The position numbers and the translations under genes are program-made. DNA of 63,885 nucleotides, counting the filler, from Asterionella formosa (taxonomy: Eukaryota), in the NCBI GenBank assembly GCA_002256025.1. It is 8 parts of 8 records of this genome, joined end to end, with 100 filler letters (N's around TTAATTAATTAA, not from the genome) between each part and the next. Parts side by side here need not be neighbours in the genome. Positions count along the whole stretch, not along the records: positions 57,033 to 58,671 come from NKIB01001655.1; positions 58,772 to 60,409 come from NKIB01001656.1; positions 60,510 to 62,147 come from NKIB01001658.1; positions 62,248 to 63,885 come from NKIB01001659.1; 4 more parts are not named here. The stretch is one strand, 5' to 3'. Under the pieces are notes generated by a model. That model had not been told where the DNA came from. It saw only the letters and a list, made by a program, of their open reading frames with translations, and did not search any database. Below are positions 57,033 through 63,885 of the stretch, in pieces (the first letter of the stretch is position 1; every line of letters starts with the position of its first letter).

Positions 57033-58671
57033 TTTATTGGTGACACATTTCGCAAACGTCCTGGACCAGCATCGTGGAGCTTGTACTATCCCGTACATAG
57101 CCTTCACAAGCTTGCAAACATGTGTATCGGAATCGACTCCGATCAAACCTTGAGGGGGCTCAATATAAATGTCCTCATCGACGTCAGCATTTAGAAATGC
57201 TGCTTCCACATCAATAGCCTCCGCTCGCCAACCGTTGTACATCGTCACTGCGAGTACCGTTTTGATTGTCGCATCGCTTGCAACTGGAGCAAATGTCTCA
57301 GTAAAATCGACACCTGGGATTTGCTCATATCCCTTCACGACCAATCTTGCCTTGTAAATGGTCTTCCCGGTTAACACATCTTCTTTAATTCGAAACACCC
57401 ATCTCGTTTTTAGTGTTCGCTTCTTAACAGTATCACGTTTGACAACTTTCCACACTCCTCTCGACTGGAAGTTTTCATATTCTTTGTTGATCGCCTTGAT
57501 CCACTCTTTCTTGTCTGGTCTTGCCATTGCTTCATCGTAGCTTGTTGGTAATCCTGGATCAGAAGCCAGACTTGCGTTGTACACAAAATTCACCTGTGTA
57601 TTCTTCGTAATTTCCTTCATGTTATCCTCCTCGATAACACCAGGCATCTCAGTATCTCCTGAAAATTTCACAATTTTCGTACTCGTAGGATTGAACGATG
57701 AGTCCAATCTTCGCATTTCACGTGCCAACTTCGCTTGCTTAGACTGAGCACTTTCCGCACGTTTAGCCTTCACAATTGGGGTATTGGTACCTGTAACCTC
57801 GTATTTCGTAGTACAATCTATCTTAGTTGATTGTTCAGTTTTCCTCCCCAATTCTTGCTTGTCATCATCTTCATCTTCATTATCGGACATTTCTCGAGGT
57901 TCGAACTCGTCGTAAAAATCGTCATGTAACTCTTCATTATCTTCTTGTACTGATATCTCCGTATCCTGTTGGTTGGTGACTGGTTTGAACATTTTCTCTA
58001 GTCCATCCATTGGTACGTTTGTTCCATGCCACTCACTCCACTTTACTTCACGTGTATTGACCACAGTATTTGTCTTGTGATTATACATGCGATACATATC
58101 TTGAGAGTGGTCATCTGAGTATCCCAAAAAGACACACTTGATGGAACGTGCATCTAATTTTTTGACACCTTCTCTTACAGTAACCCAACCAACATGTCCA
58201 AATTGCCTGTAGAGCTTGTAGGGCCTCCTTGTATTCGTTTCTCCATAGAACACATCATCAGGACTCTTCTTAGTCACTGAATTCACTGTACTGTTTGTCA
58301 ATCTTGTCGCAGTATGTACAGCTTCTGCCCACAATAGCCCCTGATATTCATCTGTGAACTTCGCACTTAACATCATAGCGAGTGCTCTCTGATGCACTGT
58401 AACAAAACCACGTTCCACAACACCGTTGTGCTGCGGAGTATGAGGTGCCGTAAATTCCATCTTGACACCTTGGTTTTCGCATACTTTCTTTAGTTGCTTG
58501 GAGTTCTCACCTGCGTCATCACATCGGACAAACTTAGTCTTATGTCCCGCACCTGCAAGTTTTGTGAGTAACGCTCCAATGACAATTCCGATGTCACTTT
58601 TCTTCTTAATAAAATAACTCCAGCGTTTCCTTGTATAATCGTCCACGGCCATCACCCAATACTGATTTCCC
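57033..58671 (-). mobile_element. Internal fragment of a Ty1/copia pol (integrase then RT), open across the whole contig
   Basis: VDDYTR, RCDDAGE, TPQHNGVVER, LWAEAV, KLDARSIKCVFLGY, YKARLVVKGYEQIPGVDF, IDVEAAFLN, LVKAMYGIVQAPRCW. Confidence 0.93.
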
Positions 58672-58773
58672 NNNNNNNNNNNNNNNNNNNNNNNNNNNNN
58701 NNNNNNNNNNNNNNNTTAATTAATTAANNNNNNNNNNNNNNNNNNNNNNNNNNNNNNNNNNNNNNNNNNNNTC

Positions 58774-58953
58774 GATCAGAGAAAGGCAAATATTGGAGCT
58801 ATCAGGCGTAATGCGTCTTTAACGGACTCGGAAGATTTAGAGATGGTTGACCAGCAAGATTCAGGACCGAATGAAGGCGCCATCGAAGGTGACGAATTCG
58901 CACCTTTGACAATTGGCACCCCTTCAAAATCCAAGACTATCAATGTAGTGTAA
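58774..58953 (+). CDS. Probable 3' end of a host gene cut by contig start
   Basis: Open 59 codons from the contig edge (DQRKANIG...KTINVV*), then AT-richer non-coding DNA. Confidence 0.5.
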   Translation, partial: DQRKANIGAIRRNASLTDSEDLEMVDQQDSGPNEGAIEGDEFAPLTIGTPSKSKTINVV

Positions 58954-60103
58954 AATAACGAAGACTACCAAAGGACTTGAAATTCCTTAGAAAGAATATG
59001 TTTCACGAAAAGGAAGTCGTGTCAATCAGCGTCCACATTTCTCAGTCGCTGCATGGTGAGTGCCGATCAATGGTGTGGTTGGTTGACAAAGCTCAATTAC
59101 CCGCAGTCCGGCAAATTTGTTGAGATTTGGATGAAATCAGCAATATTGATTTTTTAAATCAAACAATGACTGTATTTCATCCTCCTTCTGCATCGAGTTA
59201 AATAATTACAAGAATAAGTCGATGATGGTTGCAGAAAAAAATGTGAAGGAGGGTTTGCTTCATAGAAAACGAAGGTACCAGAACGAGGAGTCACGGACAA
59301 ATACTATTGATTAACTAAAGCAGATAAATCAGTAGGTTCATTTAAACTTTTAGTGCAAGTCTGAAAGTTTCCCCATAAAGGAGCAGGTTTTTTCCCTCGT
59401 GGCGTTTCTCTTGTGCTGAGGTCGTTGTAAAGGTCGGTTTAAGGTGTCACATTTGCGTTTTGTGTCGGTATTTCAAAGAAGAAATCGACATGTGCTTTAA
59501 ACTAATGATGTGAAGTTCAGATTCATTCTCAAGCATGTTTTAGAGAACAAACATTACTACAGTTCTGGGATCTGGCGTATGCTCATACATATGACACAAA
59601 AGCTAATAGTGCGTGTGAGTGAAACTATGAAATAGACTCAATAGAAAGCATGTATTATACAGCTTTCTTTTTGCAAAGGTTAAGAATCGTCAATATAGAT
59701 AGCTTATCCTCGTGTTGATGTCATTTATATAACATAGCAGTTAATTGACTCGCCCTCAATTTAAACTTGATATTAACTTTTATTTGATACTGCCATCATG
59801 AAAGATACAGTAAAGCAAAGGGCTTTGCCTACAGAAAACGCAGATGAAACCTTGAGTAAGTAATACACACTGCAACATGATACATGATGTACAAACTAAA
59901 GAAGATCTAGTCATCGTGTGATGCAACGCATATTGCACGCAACTGGAGCTCTCTACGAATATCCCATGGAGTGTTCTTCAAGTAACCATGAGCATATCCA
60001 CACTACCGGTACTATGTTACGATCAACCAACAGAACCAGAGTATACACACCGGTCAAGCAAATATACAAAGAATAATACATGGACCTTGCACCAATGATT
60101 AAC

Positions 60104-60409
60104 TCAGCACTGCCCTGTCGGGAAACAGCACGAGAATATGTTCTTCTTTTCGGGACGTGGCAGGATTTCAACAGGATGCTTCGTACTGTCGTCTGACAAG
60201 AGATCAACCAGTTCTGGAGCTGCTCGATGTATTGATTGATGATCTTGCGCTACACTGGATTCTATAGGCGACACAGCAATGAGTTTTCTCGCTTCATCCT
60301 CGTTCACTAGCATGTTTTTTGACATAGCCATCAACAATGCTTCCGAACCTTTGCCACCACTATGACTCCTTAGCATTTCTGCAGCCTTGGTTGGGTCCTT
60401 TTCAAAGCA
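60104..60409 (-). CDS. Probable 3' end of a host gene cut by contig end
   Basis: Open frame from the gap (FEKDPTKAAEMLRSH...KKNIFSCCFPTGQC*). Confidence 0.55.
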   Translation of the reverse strand, partial: CFEKDPTKAAEMLRSHSGGKGSEALLMAMSKNMLVNEDEARKLIAVSPIESSVAQDHQSIHRAAPELVDLLSDDSTKHPVEILPRPEKKNIFSCCFPTGQC

Positions 60410-60520
60410 NNNNNNNNNNNNNNNNNNNNNNNNNNNNNNNNNNNNNNNNNNNNTTAATTAATTAANNNNNNNNNNNNNNNNNNNNNNNNNNNNNNNNNNN
60501 NNNNNNNNNTTCCCCGACTA

Positions 60521-62147
60521 AATTGCTGAAGGCAATACATGCCCGAGGTGGTCTCTTGCCTGCAAGTACACATGTATATGAGAAGGCAAGTAGCCGCCGA
60601 GAAGGGTATTGTTGAGGCAATTCCCGCTCTAGCTATTGTCGCGTCATTCGCTTACCTACTGCCCACAAATTTAGCATAAATGTCAATTTCAGCCTACTAT
60701 TGCCCATCATATAAAATATATTTTGCATATTTCCTATCTTCACCTCAAAAATTGCCAAAGGTCCGATATTGCCCATCATTAAAATATATTTAGTATATTT
60801 CATATGTTCGCATTTTGGCAAGACATCAGACACCAATTGCCCCTAGGTTTTCCAGCCCTGGGATTGCCGAAATCAGCAAGGGGTCTACTTAAGGAAAGTA
60901 TTTTATATACTATTCAGTTTTTAATAATTTATATCTAGAATTCACCTCGTTGTTGTTCGTCTCCTGAAAAGTGGACTCCGGCAATTCACCTTTCACTATG
61001 CCAGTCGTTGTCCATCATGACCAGTTTGAAGCGAAATCAGTTCCGCGATGACGCCAGTAGCGATTCTTTGCCTAAAGGATACAGTTGATTGTTGGATTGC
61101 TTGACTTCTCGAGGTATTCATGTAGTCGCATCGTCCATTTTTCGTGTGACAAACGATGATATCGATACAGCTGATGTTGGTGGCAAGTTTTTGCTCCGGT
61201 CATGTATGTAATGATGCTTTACAGATATTCTACCGGTTACCGGCAGTCATCTAGTCTACATATGTACGTGGCACTAAAAACAACCATGCATGGTTTATGC
61301 TATGCTTTAACGCTTACTTTGAACACGTTATAATATTATCTCTGTAGACTCGGTATTATTTTTACGAGACCTGAAATGTTGAATTATATTGTTCACATAT
61401 TCATTGATTTTACATACCATATGCCCGATTTCGTCCTCACAAATATAGTTCTCACTCTATCTTGCCTGCCTTTGCTCTATTCGGCCTTGCAATAGGCAAC
61501 GTTCGTCTTTCTTTGATCCCATCGTCTGCTGCTTGTTATGCTAGTTGAAGCGGATCGGTAAGTACAACAGTGAAACACTGAATGTGGGTTGTAGATCGTA
61601 TTTATCGACTTTCCGATTTCATTGCTTCTGTGGTTTGTTTTGATCGCTTCCATCGTTGTTTGTTGTTACGCACTGTCGTTTTGTTTTGATTGTACATATC
61701 TACATAAGAACCAATGCATTTATCAATGACTACTCATTGAAGATGTGGTATTGTGCCGTTGTTGATCGTATTTGTTGATTTGTATAGTTGTTGACAATGA
61801 TGTCAATACTGCCACCAAGCAATGCATTTCTTGTACTAACGCGCTTTGCTACATTTCTACTGCGAGTTCGTATCAGAAGCTACATGAATACTCAGCTAGA
61901 GAGAGTCAATAGTTCTGGAGCAGCGTGGCGATCACGCTTGCTCAGAATGGAATGATCAGGGTTGCTTGTTTGGTGGGCAGCGGAGAGGAAGAATGACTGT
62001 GGCGGAAATACTGCTACTGGTGTCAGGCTACTACAGCGATGCGCATGGTTGCAGAAACCAGACCATTTACGCTAAATAACGGTGTAGGTCAAGATTGGGT
62101 TCAGCTTTTCCCTTCTTATTTTGGTCTTCAATTGTGTGGTGATGGAA
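60521..62147. mobile_element. Copy of TIR element family T (inverted relative to 9578-11176), truncated by contig end
   Basis: Starts aattgctgaaggcaatacatgcccgaggtggtctcttgcc; reverse complement of 9760-11176 up to ~61950, then follows the 30200-30388 version. Confidence 0.88.
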
Positions 62148-62420
62148 NNNNNNNNNNNNNNNNNNNNNNNNNNNNNNNNNNNNNNNNNNNNTTAATTAAT
62201 TAANNNNNNNNNNNNNNNNNNNNNNNNNNNNNNNNNNNNNNNNNNNNCACAATTTGGTTTTCTACGTTGTTACAAGAAGCTCAAGTTAGAAGATGAATAC
62301 GTCTCTTTGTAGATGTTCAACTATGGGAGTGTTATCCTTGCTCGTTTCGTTACAGTTGATCAATGTTACACACATTATCAGTGAAGGAAAAGTGTGCTCT
62401 TGTAGGGGTACATGGGAGCA

Positions 62421-62516
62421 CCTGCAAGTTGCGGTCATTTTGCTTAAACTAACATTTTGATCTGGGATAAAGATAGCTAAAGCTTTAGTTTTTGCAAAAT
62501 TACTGCAACTTGCTGG
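62421..62516. mobile_element. 96-bp mini-MITE (family M)
   Basis: CCTGCAAGTTGCGGTCATTTTGC ... GCAAAATTACTGCAACTTGCTGG|TA. Confidence 0.8.
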
Positions 62517-62617
62517 TAATATCTGTAGGTACCAGGTACCTGGTACCGTAACTCCTCCTGCAATCAATCAGTATATAAAATCGTACATACGTGAACAGTA
62601 TCATGTACCGGCATTTA

Positions 62618-62764
62618 GGAAAATGATATTTCGTTCCCCTAAAATATGCATTTCGACATCTCGTACCCCGAACCTAACCTACATACCCTACATACATACA
62701 TAGACTCTTCCAAGGTAGCATCTGAAGATAGAGTTAGGGTTAGGGGATCGAAAGATCATTTTCC
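62618..62764. mobile_element. Second copy of the telomere-repeat-bearing MITE (inverted)
   Basis: TA|GGAAAATGATATTTCGTTCCCC...GGGGATCGAAAGATCATTTTCC|TA; core tagactcttccaaggtagc matches the reverse complement of 5148-5171; cctaacc and ttagggttaggg present. Confidence 0.8.
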
Positions 62765-63169
62765 TATGTACATATGATATTAATATCTCGGGACTCGCTA
62801 GCGGTACCTGTTACCAGGTACCTTTGCGTATCCTTACCTGTTACGCTAAGACATATTGGTACCAGGTAAGTAATTTCCTTCTCTGTTTCGTATGTAGAGC
62901 ATCTGGTACTGGTACGAGGTCCCAGGTACTCCTGGTAGTATACTTTACAGCTTGTTCTTCAGTTTTCTCTGGATTCTACACGGTGCTGGTATGGTCAAGA
63001 AAAATATCGTTGTGGTTACATAGCGGTACATATATTTTTTTAAATTTCAATAATTTTTGGAGGGCAATAGTATTACCGGTCGCCTATTCGCTACAGGATT
63101 ATATTGATTTCGCTCCATGGACCAGAAAAATGTGGTGGGGTGGTGGGTGGAGAGTTTTAGAGTGATCAC

Positions 63170-63885
63170 TGTTGAGGGGAACCTTATCGTGAATAAAGGT
63201 GAACTACAATATTATGACTATTCTATTGCTGTTCCAAGTACATCGTTGTCAGCACTCACGCATGTACCTAATCTGGTGGCTGCGCCGGTATGGTTCGTAC
63301 GGCGCATGTATGGAGCATCATATGCAGATATTAACACACCCTCACCAACAGATGCAGGCAGGAGAACAGGAGCGGGGAGGGAGATGCTATCAGCATCGGA
63401 AGCCAAGCACGCATAATAGTTAGGAGGACTAGGGAGGGATGGAGGGCAATGGAGGTAGTGCGGGCGCATCAACATATGATGGGAAGCGGGATGATGTTTA
63501 GTGAAATAATCAGCACGATTCAAACTACCTTTTTTCCAATATACAAGAAATTGGCCTTGGCGAACCCGATCGCGTACCCAGTAATAACGCATATCCATAG
63601 CTTTGGAACGTTTTTGTCGGACAGTATCATTGGCGATGCCACTGGCAGTGCTATTATCGGTGACAATACGGGTAGAAGGTTGGGGATGACCAAGCTCAGC
63701 AAGAATGGTGCGAATAGCATATGCCTCTTTGCCATTGTGGAATAAAGCAGCTAATTCGGCCTCAGCAGCACTTGATACAACCTCCTTAAGAATTTGACAG
63801 TGGACGTAAATAGCACCGTTAAGAGGAGGGATGGATGTAGTGAGGCTAGGTGGAGACACGGGTTTACAGCTGAGAAAGTGAATGC
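63170..63885 (-). mobile_element. 3' end of a second CoDi-like copia lineage: RNase H, PPT and short 3' LTR (63170-63336)
   Basis: VSSAAEAELAALF, ELGHPQP, TDNSTASGIAN, KRSKAMDMRYYW, NRADYFTKHH; minus-strand GGTGAGGGTG then TGTT...AACA (167 bp). Confidence 0.88.

Overview
Eukaryotic nuclear DNA, most likely a pennate diatom (inferred from a DUF6824 gene, CoDi-like copia elements, a CryptonS-like recombinase, an Ambal-like LINE and 89-bp GT-AG introns). The window is not one locus. Eight contigs are joined by N-padded TTAATTAATTAA spacers: 1-26694, 26795-28435, 28536-55193, 55294-56932, 57033-58671, 58772-60409, 60510-62147 and 62248-63885. Host genes include an alanine racemase, an ABHD17-like hydrolase, a DUF6824 protein, JMJD4-like, peroxisomal ECI2-like, EndoG-like, SET-domain and PL7/citrate-binding-like proteins, several hypotheticals, and a secreted vanadium haloperoxidase-like gene broken by a 4-bp insertion. 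Intergenic DNA is dense with non-autonomous transposons. Two signals stand out. (1) Two diverged copies of a ~220-240 bp SINE-like element with long target-site duplications, an anticodon-less tRNA-Ala-like head (G3:U70), covarying hairpins, a 7SL/Alu-like motif and a T-rich end. (2) A pervasive TA-CC(W)GG-TA motif that filled/empty site comparisons show to be an insertion, matching excision footprints expected from the CC...GG/TA-TSD MITEs seen here. All family assignments are from motif recognition by eye; no database searches were run.
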